Shown piece after piece: positions 8,830-18,626 of a DNA stretch of 64,000 bases. Source of the DNA: Planctomycetota bacterium (GTDB lineage Bacteria > Planctomycetota > GCA-002687715 > CAIWVZ01); contig JBGANV010000008.1 in NCBI GenBank assembly GCA_044222185.1, positions 96,001 to 160,000 on the forward strand, in the 5' to 3' direction. How positions within the stretch are numbered: the first letter of the stretch is position 1; each line of letters opens with the position of its first letter. Under the pieces are notes generated by a model, which saw only the letters and a list, made by a program, of their open reading frames with translations, made no database searches and had not been told where the DNA came from. The position numbers and the translations under genes are program-made.

Positions 8830-9330
8830 TCAGTGCCCCGTCGGCTGCGCGTGGGCGGCGCTCAACATGGCGCTCAGGCACAGCGAGGCAGCGAGGAGCG
8901 TGCAGACCACGAGCGCGTTGAGGAAGATCGAGAGGCGGTTGCTGTGATCGAACCGCTCGCGGATGAAGGGGTTCTCGTCGGTGCCGGCGCTGCTTTGAAG
9001 GCGCTCGCGCAGACCGAGCGAGCGCGGCTGCACGACGATGCCCGCGTAGAGCGAGATGGCCTCACCGACGGCGGTGAAGACCATGAACGCGATCGTGTTC
9101 GGCCGCATGTCCGCATTGCTCAACGCGCCGAGCGAGCCGAAGAGCATGAGGAACCCGCACGCGTAGCTCAAAAGGTAATAGAAGCGCCCGATGGAGTTCA
9201 GGTTCTCCGCGACCTTGCCGCCGACGAGTCCCTTGCTGAAGACCGGGATCACGACCCACCAGAAGAACACCACGGACCCGAGCCAAAGGGCGAGGCCGGT
9301 GACGACGGCAAAGAGGCCGAGGAGGGTCAT
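8830..9330 (-). CDS. DUF4149/TMEM205-like membrane protein
   Basis: WLGSVVFF...VIPVF and RERFDHSNRLS patterns with 4 TM segments; lies directly downstream of nuoN. Confidence 0.75.
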   Translation of the reverse strand: MTLLGLFAVVTGLALWLGSVVFFWWVVIPVFSKGLVGGKVAENLNSIGRFYYLLSYACGFLMLFGSLGALSNADMRPNTIAFMVFTAVGEAISLYAGIVVQPRSLGLRERLQSSAGTDENPFIRERFDHSNRLSIFLNALVVCTLLAASLCLSAMLSAAHAQPTGH

Positions 9331-9351
9331 GACGCGGAGAGTGTATGCGCG

Positions 9352-10830
9352 TCAGGGCTTGGAGCCCACGGCGGCCTTGGCAAATCCAAACAGCCCCTCG
9401 ACGCCCACGCCGAAGATCGTGGGCCCGAACCCAAGCCAGAGCACCAATGCCGCCAGTCCCATCACGGCCGCGGTGTAGGCTGGGCTGAACTTGGGACGGA
9501 CGGGCTCGGGACCCGTCGGGTGCTTCATGTACATCTCCACGATGACGCGGAGGTAGAAGCCCAGCGAGATCAACGACGTGATGACGGCGATCGTGACGAG
9601 AAGCCAGCACATCGTGGAGTCGCCCACGGAGGCGCGATCGATGACGGCCCCGAACAGACGGAACTTCGCCAGGAACCCCGCAGTCGGCGGCGCGCCGGAG
9701 AGCGAGAGCATGGCGATGCAGAGGCAGACCGCCATGACCGGCTGGCGCCAGCGCAGCCCGGTGATGTCCTGCCACTCGACGCCCTTGCCCTCGGCCGTCT
9801 CGAGGAACCCGATCACGCCGAAGGCCAGGATGTTCGTGAGCGTGTACGCCACGAGATAGAAGACGACCGATTCCAGCGCCGGCGATCCGCCCCCATTCCA
9901 CGCGACGGGGCCCAGCATGAGGTAGCCGGCGTGCCCGATGCTCGAGAACGCGAGCATGCGCTTGATCGACTTCTGCATCAGCGCGCCCACGTTGCCGACG
10001 ATCATGGTGATGCCCGCGAGCCAGCCCATGGCGTGCTCACCGAACTCGTGGACAGCCGGGTTCGCGACGAAGCGGAAGAACGCGGTGAACCCCGCGACCT
10101 TCACCGCCGTCGACATGAAACCCGTGACCGGCGTCGCCGCTCCCTCGTACACGTCGGCCGCCCACTGGTGGAACGGCACGAGCGAGAGTTTGAACGCGAA
10201 GCCTGCCAGCAGGAGCGCGAAGCCCGTGCTCGCCAGTCCGTTCTTGCCGATGAGCGCCGCGGCGGTGGCGACATCCAGGTGCCCCGTCGCGCCGTAGAGG
10301 AGCGCGATGCCCATGATGAACAGGCCCGAGGCGAACGACCCCGCGAGGAAGTACTTGGCACCAGCCTCGATGGCGGCCTCGCGCCGCCGCACGAATGCCG
10401 AAAGCACGTAGAGCGCGAGCGACATGATCTCCAGGCCGAGGAACAGCGTGACGAGGTGGTCGGTCGTGACCATCACCACCATGCCGGCGGCGCAGAAGAG
10501 GAGCAGCGCATAGAACTCGGCGAAGTTGGCCTCGGCCTTCTTCAGATAATCACCGGCGAGGATGATCGTGGCGAAGGTCGCAACCAGGAGTACCTGGCCG
10601 ACGGCGAAGCCGAGCGAGTCCGCGAGGGCGAAGTCCTGGAAGTGGCGGCCCTTCCCCCCAGGCTGAAGCGCCATCATGGAAATCAGTGCACACAACGTGG
10701 CGAGAGCCGCGAGCCCCGGCGCGAGCGGCGACGGGCCCGTCGGCGACGCCTTCTTCGTGCCCGCGAACATGACGGCGATGGCGCCGCCGCACAGGAACAA
10801 GAGAGGCAGGGAGAATTGGAAGTCGCTCAT
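9352..10830 (-). CDS. nuoN: NADH-quinone oxidoreductase subunit N
   Basis: EAGAKYF, FKLSLVPFHQWAADVYEGA, KRMLAFSSIGHAGY; last gene of the nuo series. Confidence 0.97.
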   Translation of the reverse strand: MSDFQFSLPLLFLCGGAIAVMFAGTKKASPTGPSPLAPGLAALATLCALISMMALQPGGKGRHFQDFALADSLGFAVGQVLLVATFATIILAGDYLKKAEANFAEFYALLLFCAAGMVVMVTTDHLVTLFLGLEIMSLALYVLSAFVRRREAAIEAGAKYFLAGSFASGLFIMGIALLYGATGHLDVATAAALIGKNGLASTGFALLLAGFAFKLSLVPFHQWAADVYEGAATPVTGFMSTAVKVAGFTAFFRFVANPAVHEFGEHAMGWLAGITMIVGNVGALMQKSIKRMLAFSSIGHAGYLMLGPVAWNGGGSPALESVVFYLVAYTLTNILAFGVIGFLETAEGKGVEWQDITGLRWRQPVMAVCLCIAMLSLSGAPPTAGFLAKFRLFGAVIDRASVGDSTMCWLLVTIAVITSLISLGFYLRVIVEMYMKHPTGPEPVRPKFSPAYTAAVMGLAALVLWLGFGPTIFGVGVEGLFGFAKAAVGSKP

Positions 10831-10832
10831 GA

Positions 10833-12344
10833 TCAGCGCCCTGTCGTCTCGGTGTGATTCGCGGGGACGATCGTCCGGTGCACGGCAGCGTCGAGGCGCG
10901 CCACGTCGTCACGGATGAAGTCGAGCATGGGTTTGGGTTTGACGCCCGTGAGCAGGATCACGATGGCGAACGGCAGGACCAGGAGCAGCTCGCGGCGAGT
11001 CAGGTCGCGCAGGCCCTCGTTGGCAGCGTGGACGATCTTGCCGAAGAACACGCGCTTCACGGCGAGCAGCATGTACCAGGCACCGAGGATCGCGCCCGTG
11101 ACCGCGAAGGCGGTGACGGCAGGCCAGGCGCTGTAGGCCCCGAAGAGGATGAGGATCTCCCCCACGAACCCGTTCGTGCCCGGCAGCGCGATGCTCGAGA
11201 ACGTCACGAGCAGGAACGCGACGGTGTAGAGCGGCATGACCTTGGCGATCCCGCCGAAGTCCGCGATGAGGCGCGTATGCCGCCGCTCGTAGATGAAGCC
11301 GACGAGGAGGAACAGCGCGCCGGTCGAGATGCCGTGGGCCACCATCTGCACGACGCCGCCGGAGATGCCCGTCTGCGTCAGAGAGAAGATTCCCAGCGTC
11401 ACCATGCCCATGTGTGACACCGACGAGTACGCCACGAGGCGCTTCAGGTCGGGTTGGACCATGGCGACGAGCGCGCCGTAGATCACCCCGATGACGGAGA
11501 TGACCATCACCGTCGGCGCCAGCGCGCGCGCGGCATCGGGGAAGAGCGGCATGGCGAGCGCGAGGAATCCGTAGCCACCCATCTTCAGGAGCACGCCGGC
11601 CAGCGCGATGGAGCCCGGCGTCGGCGCTTCCGTGTGCGCGTCCGGCAGCCACGTGTGCACGGGGAACAGCGGCAGCTTGATCGCGAACGACAAGCCCATG
11701 CCCACGAAGCACCAGGTCTGCTCGCGCAACGTGAGGTGGAGCGTCTGCCAGTCCTCGATGAGGAAGCTCGGCGAACTGGGATGCTCGGCGCGATAGCGGA
11801 GGTAGACGTACGTCAGGCTCACGAGCATCGGCAGCGAGCCGACCATCGTGTAGATGAAGAACTTGACCGCGGCGTAGATGCGGCGATGTCCGCCCCATCG
11901 CCCGACGATGAACAGCATCGGCAGCAGGAGGAGCTCCCAGAACACGAAGAACTGGAAGACGTCGCGCGCGGTGAGCACGCCGATCATGAAGGACTCGAGC
12001 AGCAGGAACCAGAAGCAGAAGTCCCGCAGGCGATCCTCGATCGAGGACCACGAAGCCTTCAGCGTCAGCGGCGCCAGGAAGGTGGCGAGAACGATCAGGA
12101 CGAGCGAGATCGCGTTGACGCCGACGGCGTAGCGGATGCCGAACGTGGGCACCCACTCGCCGGCCGTGAAGTAGCCGATGCCGTTGGACGCCGGCTGGAA
12201 GTTGGCCACGAGGAGGAGCGAAAGGACGAACGTGAGCCCCGTGCCTGCAAGGGCGAGCCGACGAACCTTCGCGACCTCGTCCTTCTTGACGAACAAGAGG
12301 GCGATCGCCACGAGCAGCGGGAGGTATGTCACCAGGTGAAGCAT
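10833..12344 (-). CDS. nuoM: NADH-quinone oxidoreductase subunit M
   Basis: FFVFWE, KFFIYT, HTWLPDAHTEAPT, LKRLVAYSSVSHMG. Confidence 0.97.
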   Translation of the reverse strand: MLHLVTYLPLLVAIALLFVKKDEVAKVRRLALAGTGLTFVLSLLLVANFQPASNGIGYFTAGEWVPTFGIRYAVGVNAISLVLIVLATFLAPLTLKASWSSIEDRLRDFCFWFLLLESFMIGVLTARDVFQFFVFWELLLLPMLFIVGRWGGHRRIYAAVKFFIYTMVGSLPMLVSLTYVYLRYRAEHPSSPSFLIEDWQTLHLTLREQTWCFVGMGLSFAIKLPLFPVHTWLPDAHTEAPTPGSIALAGVLLKMGGYGFLALAMPLFPDAARALAPTVMVISVIGVIYGALVAMVQPDLKRLVAYSSVSHMGMVTLGIFSLTQTGISGGVVQMVAHGISTGALFLLVGFIYERRHTRLIADFGGIAKVMPLYTVAFLLVTFSSIALPGTNGFVGEILILFGAYSAWPAVTAFAVTGAILGAWYMLLAVKRVFFGKIVHAANEGLRDLTRRELLLVLPFAIVILLTGVKPKPMLDFIRDDVARLDAAVHRTIVPANHTETTGR

Positions 12345-12360
12345 GGATTCTCCGCCGTCG

Positions 12361-14397
12361 TCAGGCCAGGAGGGTCAGAAGCATGACGAGCACGCCCAGG
12401 ACCATCCACGTGAGGTAATTCTGGATCGACCCGTCCTGCACGAGCGAGACGACCGAACCCATCCGTTTCGCGACCGTTCCGCACCCGTTCACGATCGCTT
12501 CGATGATGCGAACGTCGATTCGCTGATGCAGCGTCTTGTCCGCCGCGTTCCGGAGCGGGTCCACGACCTTCTGCACGTACATCTCGTCGACGCCCCAGAG
12601 CTTCACGAGCCGCGCGTACAGGTTGGGGAACCGCGCGACCATGGCCTCCGGAAGCGCCGGCTTGGCGATGTAGTAGCGGTGCGCCATGCCGATGCCGAGG
12701 ATGGCCAGCATGATCGAGAGCAGCATGAGCGCTTGCTCGATCACGGTCGTCGCTGGCGAGTGCTCGACGGCATGCGCATGGCCGATCTTCGCGATCACCG
12801 GCTCGAGGTAGTGCTCGAAGCGGTTGTGCCCCCCGAGGACCTCGGGAACGGCGAGGAACCCGATCACAGTTCCGCCGAGCGCCAGCACCATCAACGGGAT
12901 CACCATGGCGCGCGGAGATTCCTTGATCTCGTGGAACGCAAGCGCGTGGTGTTCGCCGTGATCGTCATGGCCGTGCCCGTGGTCGCCGTGCGCGTGAGCG
13001 CGCTTCATGCCGCGGTACTGGCCGCCGAACGTCATGAAGATGAGGCGGAAGGCGTAGAAGGCCGTGCACGCGGCGCCAACGCTGCCGAGGGCCCACGCGA
13101 AGAACCCGACCCCACCCCGCTCGTAGGCACGCCAGAGGATCTCGTCCTTCGAGAAGAACCCGGAAAGCGGCGGGATGCCGGCCATGGCGGCGGCGCAGAT
13201 CATCATCGTCGCGCAGGTGATGGGCATGCGGTCCTTCAACCCGCCCATGCGGCGCATGTCCTGCTCGTGGTGCATCGCGTGGATCACCGAGCCAGCGCCG
13301 AGGAACAGGCACGCCTTGAAGAAGGCGTGTGTCACGAGGTGGAACACGCCCGAACCGATGGATCCGGTCCCAACGCCGATGAACATGTAACCGAGCTGCG
13401 ACACCGTCGAGTACGCGAGGACTTTCTTGATGTCGAACTGGACGAGCGCCATCGAGCCCGCGAAGACGCACGTCAGCGCGCCGACCGCCATCACGACCGC
13501 CTGGGCCGTCGCGCTCATGGCGAAGAGGGCATTCAGGCGGGCGATCATGTAGACGCCTGCGGTCACCATGGTCGCCGCGTGGATCAGCGCCGACACCGGC
13601 GTCGGGCCGGCCATGGCGTCCGGGAGCCACACGTAGAGCGGAATCTGCGCCGACTTGCCCGTGGCGCCGATGAAGAGGAGGATCGCGATCGTCGTCGCGA
13701 CGGAGAATCCGAGCACGCCCGAGGAGGCCTCAAGGGCCGTCGTCAGCGCGCCCGACTCGATCTGCTGATGGATGCGAGCGAGGTCGAGAGTCCCGGCCGT
13801 CTTCCACAAGAGGAAGCCGCCGAGGAGGAACGCCGCGTCACCGATGCGATTGACGACGAATGCCTTCAGGCCGGCCTGCGCCTTCTCGGCGTCCGTCCAC
13901 CAGAAGCCGATCAGCAGGTACGAGCAAAGCCCGACGCCTTCCCATCCGATGAACAGGACGAAGAGGTCGCCGCCGAGCACGAGCACGGTCATGAAGAACG
14001 TGAACAGGTTCAGGCACGCGAAGTAGCGGGCAAAGCCGCCATCGCCGTGCATGTAGGCGACCGAGTACAGATGGATCAGCGAGCCGATCCCCGTGATCAC
14101 GAGGAGCATCACGGCGGTCAGATGATCGACGCGGAACGTCAGGTCGATCGACACGTTGCCGGCGGCGATCCAGTTCCACAGGTGGGCCTCGATGCGCCCG
14201 GCGTGCTGGCCGGGAGAGTCCAGGCCGAGGAACAGGGCGACGGCGCACAGGAAGGCGACGGCCGGCGCCGCGACTCCCGCGATGCCCAGACGTTTCTCGC
14301 ACCACGGGCCCTTGGTGGTCGAGCGCGCGGCGAAGAACGCCTGGAACGCCGCGCCCAAGAGGAGCACCGACGGGATCAAGACGATGAGCGTTTCCAC
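12361..14397 (-). CDS. nuoL: NADH-quinone oxidoreductase subunit L
   Basis: GWEGVGLCSYLLIGFW, KSAQIPLYVWLPDAMAGPTPVSALIHAATMV. Confidence 0.98.
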   Translation of the reverse strand: METLIVLIPSVLLLGAAFQAFFAARSTTKGPWCEKRLGIAGVAAPAVAFLCAVALFLGLDSPGQHAGRIEAHLWNWIAAGNVSIDLTFRVDHLTAVMLLVITGIGSLIHLYSVAYMHGDGGFARYFACLNLFTFFMTVLVLGGDLFVLFIGWEGVGLCSYLLIGFWWTDAEKAQAGLKAFVVNRIGDAAFLLGGFLLWKTAGTLDLARIHQQIESGALTTALEASSGVLGFSVATTIAILLFIGATGKSAQIPLYVWLPDAMAGPTPVSALIHAATMVTAGVYMIARLNALFAMSATAQAVVMAVGALTCVFAGSMALVQFDIKKVLAYSTVSQLGYMFIGVGTGSIGSGVFHLVTHAFFKACLFLGAGSVIHAMHHEQDMRRMGGLKDRMPITCATMMICAAAMAGIPPLSGFFSKDEILWRAYERGGVGFFAWALGSVGAACTAFYAFRLIFMTFGGQYRGMKRAHAHGDHGHGHDDHGEHHALAFHEIKESPRAMVIPLMVLALGGTVIGFLAVPEVLGGHNRFEHYLEPVIAKIGHAHAVEHSPATTVIEQALMLLSIMLAILGIGMAHRYYIAKPALPEAMVARFPNLYARLVKLWGVDEMYVQKVVDPLRNAADKTLHQRIDVRIIEAIVNGCGTVAKRMGSVVSLVQDGSIQNYLTWMVLGVLVMLLTLLA

Positions 14398-14399
14398 GA

Positions 14400-14699
14400 T
14401 CAGCCCTTCAGGTCCGAGATGCTCTGCGCATCGACCGCGTGCTTGTGTCGATAAATCGCGATCACGAGGCTCAGTCCGACGGCCGATTCAGCAGCCGCGA
14501 GAGCGAGCACGAGGAAGAACAGGACGTGTCCCGATACCGAGGCCCACACGCGGGCGAACGTGATCAGCGCGAGCGCCGCCGCGTTCAGCATGAGCTCGAT
14601 CGAGAGGAAGATGACGAGGAGGTTCCGCCGCGTCAGGAATCCCAGGACTCCCGTGGAGAACATGATCGCGGCGACGATGAGGAATGCGCGAGGTTCCAA
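14400..14699 (-). CDS. nuoK: NADH-quinone oxidoreductase subunit K
   Basis: RRNLL, SIELMLNA, AAAESAVGL; TTG start with RBS. Confidence 0.96.
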   Translation of the reverse strand: MEPRAFLIVAAIMFSTGVLGFLTRRNLLVIFLSIELMLNAAALALITFARVWASVSGHVLFFLVLALAAAESAVGLSLVIAIYRHKHAVDAQSISDLKG

Positions 14700-14709
14700 G
14701 TGGATCTCC

Positions 14710-15210
14710 TCAGTTCAGCCGCTTCTTGGCGATGACGACGGCGCCGACGACGGCCACCAGGAGAAGCACCGACACGAGCTCGAACGGGTAGACGAACGTC
14801 TCGAACAGCTCGTGCCCCGTGGATGCGACCGAGCCGAAGTCGGCGGGAAGCGTGTGGGCCTCCTCGATCTCCACCTTCGATGCGAGTCCGATGAGGACTG
14901 CCGCCAGGGGGATGACGAGGAAGGTGGGCCAGAAGCGGTCTTCGCGGACGTCGGGTCGATGATCGAGCTGATCCTCGGGCATGTTCAGGAACATGATCAC
15001 GAAGATCACGAGCACCATGATGGCGCCCGCGTACAGCATGATCTGCAGCGCCGCAGGGAACGGCGCCGATTGCAGCGCGTACAGGCCCGCCAGGCCGACG
15101 AACGAGACGACGAGACTCAGCGCGCACGACATGGGGCGCTTGCGCGTGACGGCGAACGCGCCGGCGCAGGTCGCGACGAGCGCAAACACCCAGAAGAGGA
15201 TCTTCTCCAT
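14710..15210 (-). CDS. nuoJ: NADH-quinone oxidoreductase subunit J
   Basis: QIMLYAGAIMVLVIFVIM, YPFELVSVLLL; ATG 15210 overlaps the nuoI stop. Confidence 0.95.
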   Translation of the reverse strand: MEKILFWVFALVATCAGAFAVTRKRPMSCALSLVVSFVGLAGLYALQSAPFPAALQIMLYAGAIMVLVIFVIMFLNMPEDQLDHRPDVREDRFWPTFLVIPLAAVLIGLASKVEIEEAHTLPADFGSVASTGHELFETFVYPFELVSVLLLVAVVGAVVIAKKRLN

Positions 15211-15731
15211 CACTTGCCCCCGATGCCGGGCCGGTACCCGCCCGGGGTCGCTGGCTCGTGCGACAGAAGCCGGGCCTTGTCGTAGATGAACGTCGACCGC
15301 TCGTAGGCGGGCATGGGGAACATGCCGGTGTCCATGCGGATCGCGTCGCACGGGCACGCCTCGACGCACAGGCCGCACTCGACGCACTTCAGCAGGTCGA
15401 TGTCGAAGCTCGCCGGGTACTTCTCGATCTTCCGATCGGGATACTCGGCGGCGACGATGTGGATGCAGCCCGCCGGGCACGACGTCGCGCAGCACATGCA
15501 GGCGGTGCACTTGGGCGCCCCGTCGGCGTGCTTCGTCAGCCGGTGAACGGCGCGAAACCGCGTGGGGAACGGGTTCTTGATCTCGGGGTAGCCGTGGGTC
15601 GGCATGCCCGACGGCTTGCGCAGGTTCCGCCACAGATGGCGGAACGTGATCCCGAGCCCCTTCAGGATCTCGACGAGGTAGACGCGCTCGCTGAACGGGC
15701 CGCGCTTCCGAATGTCTTCCATCAAGCCCAT
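15210..15731 (-). CDS. nuoI: NADH-quinone oxidoreductase subunit I
   Basis: Two CxxCxxCxxxCP ferredoxin motifs; operon position. Confidence 0.96.
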   Translation of the reverse strand: MGLMEDIRKRGPFSERVYLVEILKGLGITFRHLWRNLRKPSGMPTHGYPEIKNPFPTRFRAVHRLTKHADGAPKCTACMCCATSCPAGCIHIVAAEYPDRKIEKYPASFDIDLLKCVECGLCVEACPCDAIRMDTGMFPMPAYERSTFIYDKARLLSHEPATPGGYRPGIGGK

Positions 15732-15744
15732 GCAGTGGCTCCCA

Positions 15745-17040
15745 TCACGAGAACGCCTTCACGAGAAGTCCGGTGACGAACAGGTTGGCGATGCCGAGCG
15801 GGAGGAGGATCTTCCACCCGAGCGCCATCAACTGGTCGTAGCGGAAGCGCGGGGTCGTCCACCGCACCCAGACGAACAGCCAGCAGAAGAACAACGCCTT
15901 CGTGGCGAGCACGAGGAACTGGATGACGGCCGTCCAGACGCCGGCGGCGCTGACGCCGAGGCCGCCCGACCAGAAGATGATTCCGGCGAGGGCGGCGAGC
16001 GCGGGGCCGAATCCCAGGAGGACCGACAGGACCTTGCCTTCGCGCGCGCGCGCGTCTGTCCAGCGCTTCTTGTTGCGCTTGTCCCAGGAGAGGAGCTTCC
16101 AGCCGATGAAGGCACCGCCGAGGAGCACGAACCACAGGATCACCTTCAGAACGGCCGAGGCGTGATCGGGCTGAACGAGCCACTCGTGCGACACGTACGG
16201 GATCTGCCAGCCGCCGAGGAAGATCGTCGCGATGATCAACGACTGCACGACGATGTTCACGTACTCGGCCATGAAGAAGAGCGCGAACTTGAACGAGCCG
16301 TACTCCGTGTGGAAGCCGGCGACGAGCTCGGACTCGCCTTCCGCCAGGTCGAACGGGTTGCGGTTCGTCTCCGCGAACGCCGACACGAGGTAGAGGACGA
16401 AGGCGACCGGCTGGAGGAAGAGGCCCCAGCGCGGGAGCACCAGGAGGAACGTGTCCCCCTGCGCCTTCACCATGTCGTTCAGATTGGTCGAGTTGTAGAC
16501 GAGGAGCGCGCCGACGATCGCCAGCCCCATGGAGATCTCGTAGGAGATCATGGATGCGGACGCGCGCAGTCCGCCGAGCTGCGCAAACTTGTTGTTCGAC
16601 GCCCACCCGGCCAACGCCACGGCGTACACGCCGACCGAACTCACGGCGAGCGTCAGGAGAATGCCGATGTTGGCGTCGATCGCCTGCACCGTGAAGATCG
16701 ACCCGTCGTCGAATCGGATCGAGTGCGCGTAGGGGATGACGGCGCCCACGAGCAACGAGCAGAACATCGCGAGCCCGGGAGCCAGCACGTAATAGAACCG
16801 GCTCACGTGGTACGGGATGATGTCCTCCTTGCGGAGGAGCTTGATCATGTCGGCGAAGTTCTGGACGACGCCGGCGAGGCGCAGCCCGATGCCGGGGATG
16901 AACGCGCGATTCGGCCCCGTGCGGTCCTGGATGAACGCCGAGCCCTTGCGCTCGAGGTAGATCATCACGGGCAACATCTGGAGTACGAAGAGCGCCGGGA
17001 TGAGTGCCTTGAGCAGGATGGCGAGGATGCCGAATTCCAT
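15745..17040 (-). CDS. nuoH: NADH-quinone oxidoreductase subunit H (with internal insertion)
   Basis: [50 protein letters not shown]. Confidence 0.97.
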   Translation of the reverse strand: MEFGILAILLKALIPALFVLQMLPVMIYLERKGSAFIQDRTGPNRAFIPGIGLRLAGVVQNFADMIKLLRKEDIIPYHVSRFYYVLAPGLAMFCSLLVGAVIPYAHSIRFDDGSIFTVQAIDANIGILLTLAVSSVGVYAVALAGWASNNKFAQLGGLRASASMISYEISMGLAIVGALLVYNSTNLNDMVKAQGDTFLLVLPRWGLFLQPVAFVLYLVSAFAETNRNPFDLAEGESELVAGFHTEYGSFKFALFFMAEYVNIVVQSLIIATIFLGGWQIPYVSHEWLVQPDHASAVLKVILWFVLLGGAFIGWKLLSWDKRNKKRWTDARAREGKVLSVLLGFGPALAALAGIIFWSGGLGVSAAGVWTAVIQFLVLATKALFFCWLFVWVRWTTPRFRYDQLMALGWKILLPLGIANLFVTGLLVKAFS

Positions 17041-18626
17041 CAGACCACCACTCCCTGCTTCCGCGCTCCAGCCATCACGCCCTGATCACCGACGTCGTCG
17101 AAGGTGATGCCCTGGAACTTGTCGCACTGGGCCCCGAGTGCGTCGAAATGCGAGGCGGCGCGCTCGGAGATCTTGCCGCCCGAGAGCGCAGCGATGTGCA
17201 CGAGGTCGTCCTTGGTTCCCTTGCGTGGCCGGTACGCCCGTCGGACGCGCTGAATGCGACCGTCCTCGTTGACCCACGAGCCCTCACGCTCGATGAACGA
17301 CGCTCCGGGGAGAATGTGCGTCGCCGAGGCGACCGTGGCGGAATCGTTCGCCGCGATGACCACGCGCGTCGCGACGCGCTCGAGCGCCCCCCGAACCTTG
17401 CCATCGCCATCGAGCGCGAGAACGTCGGCACGGTGGATGAGCACGGCGGCCTTGCCCGCGAGAAGCCCGGGAAGATCCGAGACCTTCTTGGCGATGCCGA
17501 GCCACTCCGCGCCCTTGCGGTTGGGATGCTTGTCGGCCCGGATCAGGAACTTGTCCGCCGTGCCGTCGGCGCGCACGGGGATCGCGACCAACGTCGCACC
17601 CGCCAGGGACTCGGCGGCCAGGCGCCGGAGCGCTTCCATCTCCTCGAGCGTGGCATCGAACGACGTGATGACGACGGCGTTGCGGCCCGCGCGCTGCAGT
17701 GCCGAGCGCGCCTCGCGAGTCACGTCCTCGAGGGGCTTGGGAGCTCCGTTCAGCCGCGCATCGAGCAGCCGGCTCTCGTTGATCGGGTTGTATTCCTCGC
17801 GGCCGAAGTCGCACATCCAGGCCTGGTTCACGGCATCGTTGACACGCGGCTTCAACCGATAGGCCGTGCCGTTGTGATCGGCGACGATGGTGTGCTCGTA
17901 GTAGTCGACGGTGACGTTGCAGCCCTTGGCGCAGCCAGGGCACACCGTCGGGTTCGACTTCAAGAACCACACGCGGGCCTGGAAGCGGAAGTCCGTCTGC
18001 GTCAGTGCGCCGACGGGGCAGATGTCAGCCGTGTTGACCGAGTACGCGTTGTCGAGAGCCGTGCCCGGGAACGTGGAGATCACGTTGTGGTCCCCCCGGT
18101 TCACCATGCGCAGTTCGCTCGTCTTCGTGACCTCGTCGCAGAAGCGGATGCAGCGCGTGCACTCGACGCAGCGCTCCTGGTCGAGGGTGACGCGGGGTCC
18201 CACGGGGATGCGCTTGCCGTAATGCACCTTGTCGACCTCGAGGCGCGACGGCTTCAGGTCGTGCTGCATGTAGTAGACCTGCAGCTTGCACTCCCCCGCC
18301 TGGTCGCAGATCGGGCAGTCGATGGGGTGATTGACCAGCAGGAATTCCATCACGCTCTGGCGGGCGGCCTTCACGCGATCGGATTCCGTGTTGACCTTCA
18401 TGCCCTCCGTGCAGTTCGTGTTGCACGAGATCGGAAGGCCGCGTTGCCCTTCGACCTCCACGGCGCACATGCGGCAGTTGCCCGCGACGGAGAGGTGCGA
18501 GTGGTAGCAGAAGCGCGGAATGTCGATGCCGTGGTCCATGGCCGCGTCGATGAGACGACGCCCGGCCGGAACCTGCACGGTCTGTCCGTTCAGGACGATG
18601 TTCACCATCTGGGGCTGGTCGCTCAC
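17040..18626 (-). CDS. nuoG: NADH-quinone oxidoreductase subunit G (short form, 528 aa)
   Basis: FCYH...GNCRMC, HPIDCPICDQAGEC, CVECTRCIRFC, CPGCAKGC...WMCD. Confidence 0.95.
   Translation of the reverse strand: MSDQPQMVNIVLNGQTVQVPAGRRLIDAAMDHGIDIPRFCYHSHLSVAGNCRMCAVEVEGQRGLPISCNTNCTEGMKVNTESDRVKAARQSVMEFLLVNHPIDCPICDQAGECKLQVYYMQHDLKPSRLEVDKVHYGKRIPVGPRVTLDQERCVECTRCIRFCDEVTKTSELRMVNRGDHNVISTFPGTALDNAYSVNTADICPVGALTQTDFRFQARVWFLKSNPTVCPGCAKGCNVTVDYYEHTIVADHNGTAYRLKPRVNDAVNQAWMCDFGREEYNPINESRLLDARLNGAPKPLEDVTREARSALQRAGRNAVVITSFDATLEEMEALRRLAAESLAGATLVAIPVRADGTADKFLIRADKHPNRKGAEWLGIAKKVSDLPGLLAGKAAVLIHRADVLALDGDGKVRGALERVATRVVIAANDSATVASATHILPGASFIEREGSWVNEDGRIQRVRRAYRPRKGTKDDLVHIAALSGGKISERAASHFDALGAQCDKFQGITFDDVGDQGVMAGARKQGVVV

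Noticed and set aside
6000-8830. Integron attC array or CRISPR interpretation of the repeats
   Set aside because: There are no RYYYAAC...GTTRRRY boxes, no regular repeat-spacer period, and no integrase or cas gene in the window.
12950-13000. His-rich loop in NuoL (HAHGDHGHGHDDHGEHH)
   Set aside because: This is a common feature of NuoL at this position and not unusual.
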